Below are positions 1 through 9,891 of a stretch of DNA of 16,000 bases, piece after piece. Numbering within the stretch: the stretch's first letter is position 1; the number at the start of each line of letters is the position of its first letter. This DNA comes from Takakia lepidozioides. Its lineage: Eukaryota; Plantae; Bryophyta. A program made the translations under genes and the position numbers. The DNA lies in contig JAKLZA010000179.1 of the NCBI GenBank assembly GCA_030704615.1, positions 1-16,000 on the forward strand, written 5' to 3'. Under the pieces are notes generated by a model. It had not been told where the DNA came from and made no database searches. It saw only the letters and a list, made by a program, of their open reading frames with translations.

Positions 1-1453
1 CACATCATGTATAATTCCACTTGCTTGGACAATGAAACCATGGACCTCTTCCCTTTTCCAGAGCTGCCAGGCTTGCCCTTTATGCTCCCACATTTGGCAT
101 ACATGTCCACGATTGGCATACTTGTCCACGAGGGCATTGTCCACAATCCCAATCAGATACAATTCCAGCTTTGACAATGAAACCATGGACCTGATCTTCC
201 TTTTTCTAGAGCTGGCAGGCTTGCCCTTGATGCTCCCACATTTGGCATACATATCCACGAGGGCATTGTATAGAATCACATCAGGTACAATTCCAGCTTT
301 GACAATGAAACCATGGACCTGATCTTCCCTTTTCTAGAGCTGGCAGGCTTGCCCCTTGATGCTCCCACATTTGGCATACATATCCACGAGGGCATTGTTC
401 ATAATCACATCAGGTACAATTCCAGCTTTGACAATGAAACCATGGACCTGATCTTCCCTTTTCCAGAGCTGCCAGGCTTGCCCTTGATGCTCCCCACGTT
501 TGGCATACATGTCCACGAGGGCATTGTCCAGAATCACAATCAGGTACAATGCAAGCTTTGACAATGAAACCATGGACCCGATCTTCCCTTTTCCAGAGCT
601 GGCAGGCTTGCCCATGATGCTCCCACATTTTGCATACATGTCCACGAGGCATTGTTCAAAATCACGTCAGATACAATTCCAGCTTTGACAATGAAACCAT
701 GGACCTTCTTCCTTTTCCAGAGCTGTCAGGCTTGCACACACACTGCAAACGCACACAAATGTGTTGGGGTCGGGCTTCATCCCTCCCCCATCATTTGGTC
801 ATGATAGGTCTCCAAAAGGCTCCATCCCACTTCACTGCTATGCACATCCTGCAAGCATCACGCTCCACGACACACATCTTGTTCGCCATAGTGTTGAACA
901 CTCCCTCCGCATCCTCAATGCTCTCACATATTTGGCATACATGTCCACAAGGGCATTGTTCAGATCGCATCTGTTACATTCCAGCTTTGGTGATGCAACC
1001 ATGCACACTTTGCCCTTTTGCAGGCTCCAGACTTGCACACGCACTGCAAACACACAATCTTGTTCACCATAGTGTTGAACACTCCTTTCGCATCCTCAAT
1101 GCTCCCACATTTGGCATACATGTGTCCACCAGAGCAGTCATGTTCAGGATGACATCTGGTACATTGCAAATTGTCACGATGATCTAATTTGCCCTTTTCC
1201 AGGGGCCTGCCAGGCTCCCACACTCACTGCCAACACACACAAATGTTATGTGGTCGGGCTTCCCCTTCCCCATCATTTGCTCATTGGTCTCCAAAGCCTC
1301 CATCCCATGCCCCTGCAAGCATCGCACTCCACGACACCACATCTCGTATAGCCATAGTGTTGAACACTCCCTTGGCATCTCGATGCACCCACATTTGGCA
1401 TATATTTCCACCAGGGCATGTTCAGAATGACATCTGGTAATCTGTCCAGGCAT
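1..1453 (-). pseudogene. PLS-class pentatricopeptide repeat (PPR) sequence, frameshifted and partly tandem-amplified; runs off the window edge
   Basis: Minus-strand frames repeatedly give PLS-PPR motifs: [63 protein letters not shown]. The frame changes many times, so no continuous ORF exists. Confidence 0.85.
30..735. repeat. Tandem array of ~6 units of ~128 bp derived from a PPR L/S-motif fragment
   Basis: CATGGACC anchor at ~39, 185, 312, 441, 571 and 698. Each unit encodes on the minus strand ~[39 protein letters not shown]. Confidence 0.85.
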
Positions 1454-1869
1454 TCACCTTTTTGCCTCGGTTGTCCACCATTGACTGGATCAGAAAAGTA
1501 TTCATTCCACACATTCTCCTCCTCATCTCTTGTACACAATGTTTTTGGTACTTTCCTGTTGTCACATTGGCAGTACATTGTCAAGTCACTCCAATCTATC
1601 AAAGATTCACTCAACCAGCTAACTTGCATAATTCAACAATGAAATTTAGGGCCGATTTTAAAGATGGGAAAAACGGGTGAAATGTGTTGAGAAGGGCCTC
1701 ATCCGCCTGATTTTACCAATTGTGCCGCGGCTTGCTGCGGCTTCATTGACCATCTACCCATGCAGGTTTCTTGTAGCTTATCCTCACAAAGGATCAAGGC
1801 CACTGTTGGTGCTTGAAAATGTGGCCCTCTTGGATGAATCTAGACCCACACTCTATCCCTCCTCCTGGG

Positions 1870-1916
1870 GGTTGCTATTCCATGAGCGGTGAGCTCATGA
1901 GCTCATGAGCGGGCAT
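1870..1916 (+). repeat. Left terminal inverted repeat with TCATGAGC octamer repeats
   Basis: ggttgctattccatgagcggtgagctcatgagctcatgagcgggcat aligns to the reverse complement of 15424-15487. Further GCTCATG motifs occur at ~2012, 2036, 2056 and 2076. Confidence 0.7.
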
Positions 1917-2119
1917 GGCTAACCCATGAGCCGCAAAGTAACACACTTCGAATTTCGGCAGATTTTTTTCGGGCCAAAACTATAAAATAATCAAAAATCG
2001 AAGATTTCCGCGCTCATGCTGGCTCTACGCTACACGCTCATGAGTACCAGTGTACGCTCATGACTTGGAGCCCAGGCTCATGGACCGCCAGGCCAGGTCA
2101 TAGAATAACAGAATTCTGG

Positions 2120-2620
2120 GCAATAACGGCACCGAAATTATCCCAGAGGCAGAGACGCAAGCGGAATTAGGATCCGGGTTTGCAGACTCCGAAAACGCAA
2201 TGGCGACCTATAACCGTGGATAGTACTATTGCAGAAGTGCAGGATGGTTGGTTATAACGAGGCCGTAATTGGGCACAGGAAAAGAAATAGCGCGCTGAAG
2301 GCTCGGGAGTGAAGCCAACAACGGTGAAAGTAATTGGGCTCTGCCAACCAAATACCCGGCTGCATCCTCCGGAGTGCAGGCGATAACGGCGCCGAAATGG
2401 GCCCCGGAAACCAAATACTCGGCTGAAGCCACCGGAGTGCAGCCGATAACGGCGCCGAAATTGGGTCCGGAAACCAAATACCCGGCTGAAGGCTGGGGAT
2501 TGCAACCAATAACGGCGCCGAAATTGACCTGCGGAAACAAAATTCTCGCTGAAGCTTCCGCACTCCATGTAATAACGGCGCCGAAATTGGGCGTCGGAGA
2601 GCAAATACCCGCCTTACGGT
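2120..2620 (+). repeat. Left subterminal ~63-bp tandem repeat containing ATAACGGCGCCGAAATT
   Basis: Cores at 2128, (2258), (2323), 2388, 2451, 2514 and 2577. The last four are exactly 63 bp apart with similar spacers (..GGAAACCAAATAC.CGGCTGAAG..). Confidence 0.9.
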
Positions 2621-2709
2621 GAGGGAGGCCTTGCTCTCATTTTGCTCTTCACTCTTCTCTGTTGTGCCCATCTCCTCCCTGCTTTGAGTTCGTGTTGTGT
2701 CGTGAGGCC

Positions 2710-3261
2710 ATGTCGTGCCCGAATCACATCTATCGACGCCAGACGGGAGTCATTTTCCCGAAAGCAGACGACATCATTGTCTTCCTGGATGTTTACAGGG
2801 ACGATCCTCGACTTGTCCAGCTGAGAGCAATGGAGTTTCTTCCAGGATTGCACGACTCTCCTGGACCCCGGCTGGGGAGCAGGTGGTTCCTACGCATCAT
2901 GGACCTGGACTTTCCGCATGTGTGGGAGCCGAACAGATCACGCACAGCGTTGCTGTATCGCTGGAATTGTTGCGAGTGGACGTATGATGAGTGCATAGGT
3001 GAAAACTTTACGCGTGGACGGACTGGCTCGGAAAGTGGGGACATTCTCTTCAGTTATGAGGATGAGGAGGAGGGGAACACAGGGCCCACTGTGAAAATGT
3101 CCTTCTACCAAGGGGGCGCTATCGATAAACACGACATCCTCGTTAGTTTCAACCGGGCGACAGAAACCACTGACATTTTGTTCAAATATAGGCACCCGGT
3201 CACTCAGGAGGTCCTTGAGAGGCCAGTTCGAGTTCCTTCTTCTTGGGCGAGGGGACCATAG
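2710..3261 (+). CDS. Orphan accessory ORF, 183 aa, unknown function
   Basis: Uninterrupted ORF from an ATG in gccATG context (MSCPNHIYRRQ...WARGP*), with globular-looking composition. It lies inside the element, convergent on the transposase. No recognisable motif. Confidence 0.55.
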   Translation: MSCPNHIYRRQTGVIFPKADDIIVFLDVYRDDPRLVQLRAMEFLPGLHDSPGPRLGSRWFLRIMDLDFPHVWEPNRSRTALLYRWNCCEWTYDECIGENFTRGRTGSESGDILFSYEDEEEGNTGPTVKMSFYQGGAIDKHDILVSFNRATETTDILFKYRHPVTQEVLERPVRVPSSWARGP

Positions 3262-3716
3262 GTCTTGCATGCTAGAGTAGACATGTTTCAACTTGCTGAC
3301 ACTCATGGCACATACATTTTCATTCAGAAATCAAGCAGCTTCCCTGTGCCATATGGGGAATATACAGGCTTCGATAATCTTCTGTTAATGTTATTTGCAA
3401 TTCACTGCCAGTATGCTGGGACGTGTCCTTTGTCGTATGGATTGCTGTTTGCACAAGGTGCAGTATGCAAATGCTGGAATGTGCAGTAGGACCCTTCCCA
3501 CTGGGACACAGAACTAGCAATCTTGTAAAGGCATCACATTTGCAGAACAGTAACAATGTATTTGTAGCAAATTGGAGTCTTCTCATAAAGGTGGACGAAA
3601 TTCACATGTAGCCATGGCGATGCGGCACCACCAAGTGTATAATTCCTCACAAAAAATAGGGTGCAAGAAGATGAATGTAATATAATTGCCACTAACTCCT
3701 TCCCGAATGTGGAATG

Positions 3717-6700
3717 TCAAGCAGTCCGACCAGTATCCTGCCGTAGGGCCTTGTGCAGCTCGTTGAAACTCAGTGTTGGAGCATGGATGAAGACGTCCAC
3801 TGCGGATATGCAACTCATGCGCTTCATAAAAATGTAATAAAGGTTTTGCAGGGGACGTATGCTGCATTCCTCGATTCCATAACAAGGAAGTCCTCACAGT
3901 TGCAAGCTGGGTACTGTGAAACCGTGATTGCATACACGACACTGCGCGCAGCAGACCCGGCTGTTGACAACTGAAATATGCGCCCCATCCCGGGGTGAGG
4001 AACATCCCTGCAACCTTGCACTATGCAGGGCATTGCAAGAGCGTTGGCCATCCTGGTGTCGTTCGCCTTTGTTGGTGGCCGCCGTCTTTTCAGTTTACCC
4101 CACCGATGGGTGGGCCAAGCTGCGGGGGTCACCCACCGGTATGCGGGGCGAAGAGCTTCTCGTGGGAGGAGGATGACGATTGGGAATTGGATTTCGTGGA
4201 ACGTCTGTCCTCTCCACCAGTCGAAACCCTGCACTTCCTAGAGCGTCTGCCTCCTCCAGGGTAAGATCTGTACCACTTGCCACAGGCCAGACTGCCGGTG
4301 GTTCAGGCATGCCTTGTACACCATACTTGGGCTTGCCGAACACACACGACATGATGTCGTGCCTGCAGAACCAAAACTCCTTCAGTGTGGCCTCCACAAA
4401 CTTTGCGCACACAAATCTCCCTGTGAAGCAAGGGGCAGGCACACCGCCCTGCGGGCTCCTCCGAATCATCTCATTGCATCTCTGGTTGGTGTCGACACGA
4501 ACAGCACAACATTTGCCACGAAATGTCGGACGGGTCCGTGCAATTCTCCACTGCGAGGCCGACACATCTCGCTCCACGATTGGAATGTTGTATTGGGTAA
4601 CGAAAACAGGAGCAGCATGCCCATCCTCGGCATGTTGTCCCGAGTCTGGCAGCGATTCCATGGATGCTGCAGGAGAGGGGGTACGAGTCCTGCTTCGTGG
4701 AGGCGTGGGACGCAACATCGTTGCGCCCCGAGGTTGAGTGCGGATGTTCATATCTGATCTCCATGAATCCCCATCCCCTCCGGGCATGTCCTCAATTCTT
4801 CTCTTCACCGGCCGGCTGCGGACATCGCCCTCCAGGCAGTTCCCCCGACTGTGTAACGGCGTTGACCTTATAGTTTCCCGCAATGCAGCAGTCCATTTTT
4901 TGGGATCGGTCGAACGATGCGCCGCCCTCATCAGCATCTCCTGCCTGTCTGGTCCGATACCCCATTGCTTTCCTCCCAGAAACTGGTAGTAATGAGATTG
5001 TTGCATGATGGCCCTCACAATATCTTCTGTTGTTGCTGTCAACATGTCAACGAGATGTGCTGCAGAGGAAGCACGCCAGGAAGAGTGCACCGATTCGGCC
5101 ATGTTCGTCGTCGGCATATCCGTGTCATCCTCCAAGCTCATGTCCTGTTGAAGGAAATTAGATATGTCACTGATTGTGGAGAATGTCCAAGCACAAAACA
5201 GAACAATTGTCAAGTACAGAAATGTGTTACCTGTCTCATGTAGTCTCCAAACTGGCGGAATCTATAATGCCACCACGCAAGCCACGTTTGCAGTTCTGGC
5301 TGATCTTTCACATCCACTGCCCCTGAAGACACCCACCAGGCGCGTATGGTTGCAAACTCGGTCTCCGCCTCGTCGATGGAATTCGCATTTTTCCACGCTA
5401 GGCACATACTGATATGATCCTGCCGGTGGCGTGACGCCACGAACCTTTTCGTGTTTTGCGTCAAACTCTGCATGAAGTGGAACCCGCAAGATCTCTCCTT
5501 TCCTTCCATTGGAGTCTTTGGGTCGTCCCCATATACCCTCCTAACTGCAGCCCAGTTTGCCTGGGCATTGTCAGCCATGAAGCCCCTAAAATCGGGAGGG
5601 GGCAACTTGGCTCTCGCCATTTGCTCATTAATGCCGCGCCACATATGCAACTCCGAATCTGTGTCTTCTCCCTTCATTTCGCAGATAGCAATGGTCATCA
5701 ACTTTCTGCAATGTGGGTCGTATACATGTGCCCCCATTGTCACCCAATCGTGGTTGGTAATTCGCCGGATGTGGTCAAACATGACCCAACAATTTGAGAG
5801 GTCTCCACTGGTCATCCGCTTCACCAAATCGACGCCGCTCCCCGGTCCGCACGTTGACATCTTAAATATGAAGCACCTGTCCATCTCCGAGCCTTGACCA
5901 GGAAAGAAGCTGCCTTGGATGAAGTCGTAGCCGCATGTGCGTTCACTTCCAAGATGGAGTGCATGTCTGATCCTCTTCCGATTCGTTTCTTGCAGCTGAC
6001 AATGTGGTTCCTGACATTGGGGCTGCACACATGGGAGACAGCTTCCAGCAGGTCCTTCATGTCCCCCTCGCCCAGCTTCTCTCTTGTGCTTCCGTCCTCC
6101 GACATTATTCTGCCAATTGCAATCCTATGTGCCGATGCGAGCTGTATCTGCTTTGGTTTTGCACCCGGCCTCAACCTCACCTCCTCCTTGATAATATCCT
6201 GGGCTTGTTGAAAAGCGACTCTGCAATTGCCTCTGGCGAGGGGGTGCTCATGCTTTCCGATGTGAATGCATGCTCTGGTGCACGCTGGGCCGACGGTCCC
6301 GACGTAGTACTGCTTGGCGTTGCACACTGCCATGCACGTAGGGGCTGCGTTGCAATGGGCACACTTGAACGTCCCTGCAGGAACTCTACCTTGAGGCCAA
6401 AATGGGGTCGACGAATTGCCAATCCAGTCAGTCTCATTCCTGGTGCCTTTGCTAGTGTAATGGTAACATGTGCTCGAGAAACATTTAAGATGCCCAGCAC
6501 ACAATACATATCTCACTCGAACTCCATCACCCAGGTTGGACGATGAAGTTTTGGTGACACACCAAGGGTGGCCGTCATGTTTCCTGTTCATTCCTGCGAG
6601 CATGCCGTCTGGGCCTGCGCCTGCCGGCACTGGAGGGAACTCGTAGATAGCATTCCCATCCACAACATCAGGCAAAGTTTCCACAGAATGGATTGGAGTT

Positions 6701-7314
6701 TTGTCGTAATCAAGCCTAAGAAGGTCACTGGAGCGGGAACCCGTTGTCTTCATCCTCCGCAATATGTCGATTACTGAGCGGACGGAAGTTGAGTCGGACG
6801 GTGTATGCTGAACACTCCTAGTGACGGACGACTTCGAAACATACGATGGAAGGACCATACAGTCTTCATCGTCACTGGATAAGTCCTGGACGACTGTTTC
6901 CCTGTTTTCCTGGATTTCCCTTTTCACATGTTTGGGCTTCTCTGCTTGTGAAGAGGTGCCCACATCCTTCACATCTTGCACCCCAGACCCTCTTGTGGAA
7001 GGAGGATCAACCAAGTTCCAGCGTGGGAACTCTTTAGGCACGATTTCACCAATGGCACTGTACCGGATGGATTCAGAAGCTGGGAGCCGCCACTCTTTGC
7101 CTTTTCCGAAATCTGCATGCAGAATGACGGCACTTTCCAGAAAATTTCCATAAGCATCCTTCGTCTCCTCTTCCAAAAACACCGTTCCAGGGCGGAGCCC
7201 GAACTTCACACACAAGTACTGCTCAGTGACAATCGCAAATCCTTGGTCGCAGGGTATTTTAGCTTTCAGAGAATCAGGATGGAAGTACACGTTGACCCAA
7301 ACACGGGAGTCCAT
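3717..7314 (-). CDS. MULE-type DD/E transposase (~1170 aa): GCM-like Zn domain, DDE core, Cys-rich domain, SWIM finger; one intron (5145-5230) and three 1-bp frameshifts
   Basis: ATG at 7314 (ttcaaaATGG). D1 in WVMFDH (5774-5776), D2 in GFMADNA (5570-5572), CxxH in SCGFH (5477-5488), E in PTTNMAESVH (5094-5096). SWIM is CNC-x15-CK[H] (~3843-3904). The intron CAG|GTAACA...TTCCTTCAACAG|GAC is phase 0. Frameshifts at ~5942, ~4124-4128 and ~3845. Stop TGA at 3719-3717. Confidence 0.85.
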
Positions 7315-7559
7315 TTTGAAGACGGGACCTCTCGGTACGCTCCGCAGCGAAGTCCTGCAATGAGAAGAGTGTGTCCTACCTAATAACACAAATGATTTTC
7401 TGGAGGATTCCGTATCCAACATGATGGGTGATCAGTGCACGTAAAGATGAAGGTGTGTAACGTACGTTAAAAAAACGGACGAAAACAGCAAGTTCACATC
7501 GGATATTTGGTGCCTGAATTGTAATGTACAACCACTTGGGGTACAATAAATCAGGCCTT

Positions 7560-8415
7560 CCCATGAATTTCGGCACCGAAATCTGGATGAACATCTCTGT
7601 CATGTAACAGCTTTGGAAGCCAAGGGATGAATTCTGGCAACAGAAATCGTAATTTGTTTACCTCATAAACTGACCAAGCACCCAACGGATGGATTTCGGT
7701 GCCGAAATTCGGATGAACTTCTTCTTCATTAAATTGTATCTGCACATATGGGTTGAATTTAGATGCCAAAATACGGATAAATGTGTTCCTGATTACAGTC
7801 GTGATTGACCACGTGTCCGGATATCGGTGCCGACTTCCGAATGACAGTAATCCTGATTCGGCAGAATGGATGTATTTCGGCGCCGAAATTCATTCTTCAT
7901 CTCCTTTTCCGACCCTAATTCTGCTGCCCTGCGTATGGATTTCGGTGCCAGAATTCATCGGAAGTCCTTTCTGTTTTTATTTTTCTTTGCGACAGATGAA
8001 CTTTGGCGCCGAATCTCATCCAAGTACTCCCTTTTAATTTCCCTTTTTCTTCGAGAGCAATGAATTTCGGCGCCGAAATTCAACCAAAATCCTCCCGATT
8101 TTTTTTTTCCTTCGCGAGCATTGAATTTCGGCGCCGAAATTCATTCCAAGTCCAGGAGATATTTTTTTATTTCCTCCTTCGCGAGCAATGAATTTCGGCG
8201 CCGAAATTCAGCCGACTTCATCCCTCCAAATTCTTTTCAGGGTTTTAGAGCGGCGGATTTCGGCGCCGAAATTCATCCAATGCCTTCCCTCCAATATTTA
8301 TTTTTCTTTGAAATGGATCAATTTCGGCGCCGAAATTCATCCTTACTGTCCGCAATGAGTAACTCTAATATTACATTTTCTATGCGACGGATGAATTTCG
8401 GCGCCGAAATTCGTC
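7560..8415. repeat. Palindrome array upstream of the transposase (14 units of GAATTTCGGCGCCGAAATTC or variants)
   Basis: Cores at 7572, 7636, 7698, 7762, 7826, 7879, 7944, 8005, 8069, 8130, 8197, 8262, 8326 and 8400 (some degenerate), with largely divergent pyrimidine-rich spacers. Confidence 0.9.
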
Positions 8416-8639
8416 CAAACCCGGCACTTACTTTTTGGTTTTGGATGATAATTTTCCGTAAATCGTTGGAAATACCCCGTTCCGACGAATATAACAGGAA
8501 TATTCTGCATTTAATGGAGAAATCGGCATATTAAACCACTTCTGTCAAAATTAATTGCATTTTAGCCGTTTTTTTTTCATTTGAAACCGACAGTATCCAT
8601 GAAGTGGTCTTTTTCGCACGGGACGTTGCCGCACATAAA

Positions 8640-9385
8640 GTATAATTTCGGCGCCGAAATTATAGTTAAATGTCCAGAAATGGCAAGTCCAACAGTCATG
8701 GACAGCATCCGTCAGGGGCAATGATGGCGGCAAAGCATAGCATCGTGCCGATTTAGTCTTCGCTCTGGATGAATTTCGGCGCCGAAATATGGATGATTTC
8801 ACCTCGTCTACGCGCGGACGGACATATTCGTAATGAATTGCGGCGCCGAAATATGGATGAATGTGCCGAAGTGCAGCCGTTTCCGTTGTCCCGGAATTGA
8901 TTCCGGCTCCGATATCCCACCGACAGGTTTGCTCATGACGAATGAGGACTTGCGAAGCGATGAATTTCGGCGCCGAAATATGGATGATTTCACCTCGTCT
9001 ACGCGTGACGGACATATTCGTAATGAATTTCGGCGCCGAAATATGGATGAAATGTGCCGAAGTGCAGCCGTTTCCGTTGTCCCGGAATTAATTCCGGCTC
9101 CGATATCCCACCGACAGGTTTGCTCATGACGAATGAGGACTTGGAAAGCGATGAATTGCGGCGCCGAAATTTGTAAGTTTGTGTATGAAAGCACTTGAAT
9201 AGGATGAATTTCGGCGCCGAAATTCATCCGTCCGCTGATGAAACGTACCGACCTGACTGTTGAATGTCATATGCAGGGGATTTTCATGGCGGTTGGGTTT
9301 CATGATGTGCGGATATTTCATTCAATGCCGGCTGCTCCGGGAACCGCATCCGGTGAACGGAACGTATTTCGGTGCCGCAATTCGG
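8640..9385. repeat. Palindrome array upstream of the ParB-MTase-like gene, including a ~191-bp tandem duplication
   Basis: Cores at 8650, 8778, 8842, 8905, 8969, 9032, 9096, 9160, 9213 and 9371. Segment 8768-8958 is repeated near-identically at 8959-9150. A perfect 28-bp palindrome GGATGAATTTCGGCGCCGAAATTCATCC lies at 9202-9229. Confidence 0.9.
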
Positions 9386-9891
9386 ATAAACCGTCATACA
9401 CTGGTGGCTGGAACTGGCACGCGTCGTGTTCCAGTCGACTTCATCCGTGCGAACGTGTCAGGGGTCACAATCTCTTCATCACCCATACGGCAGAAAGTGG
9501 TGGACGGTGGCAACGCTTCGGGAGACGTGGCTGCTTACGCATCTGCTCGTGCATAGTGGTTGCATGTTCCACCGCTTCGCTCTCTCGCTCCTTGCCCTTC
9601 TGCAGTGACGTTCTCCTGCGTTTCCTCTCCTTATGCGGCATAGTGGTAGCATAGAGTTTGTGGAAGGTCAGGCGACTCCGGCAAAGAGGAGGACGCGGGA
9701 TTTTGGGAAGCCGCCGACGACACGACTTAAGCTCCGTCTCATGCATGAAATGCAGACGTCGTTATCCGGAGACTCGGATCGCCCACCAGTGAGAGATTCG
9801 TGCTTCGCGGATGTGAAGCACTCCATACGCAATATTCCTTTGACACCTTTGTTTTGGCGTGCAGTGTCTCATGTTTTCCTGTTTGTTTGAC

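Noticed and set aside
3265-3715. Short ORFs between the orphan gene and the transposase stop
   Set aside because: No motif and no convincing splice model; probably 3' UTR or terminator region.
4180-7383. Plus-strand ORFs of 100-185 aa overlapping the transposase (likewise minus-strand ORFs over 10013-14797)
   Set aside because: Antisense shadows of GC-rich coding sequence.
7551-9321. ORFs with NFGAEI / FRRRN repeats (also 2167-2671)
   Set aside because: These are translations of the palindromic DNA repeat and read similarly on both strands; there is no evidence of coding.
7560-9385. CRISPR array (palindromic repeat plus ~40-bp spacers)
   Set aside because: The context is eukaryotic and intron-containing, with no cas genes. 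Spacers are partly homologous to each other or duplicated, and the same motif occurs in introns and subterminal repeats.
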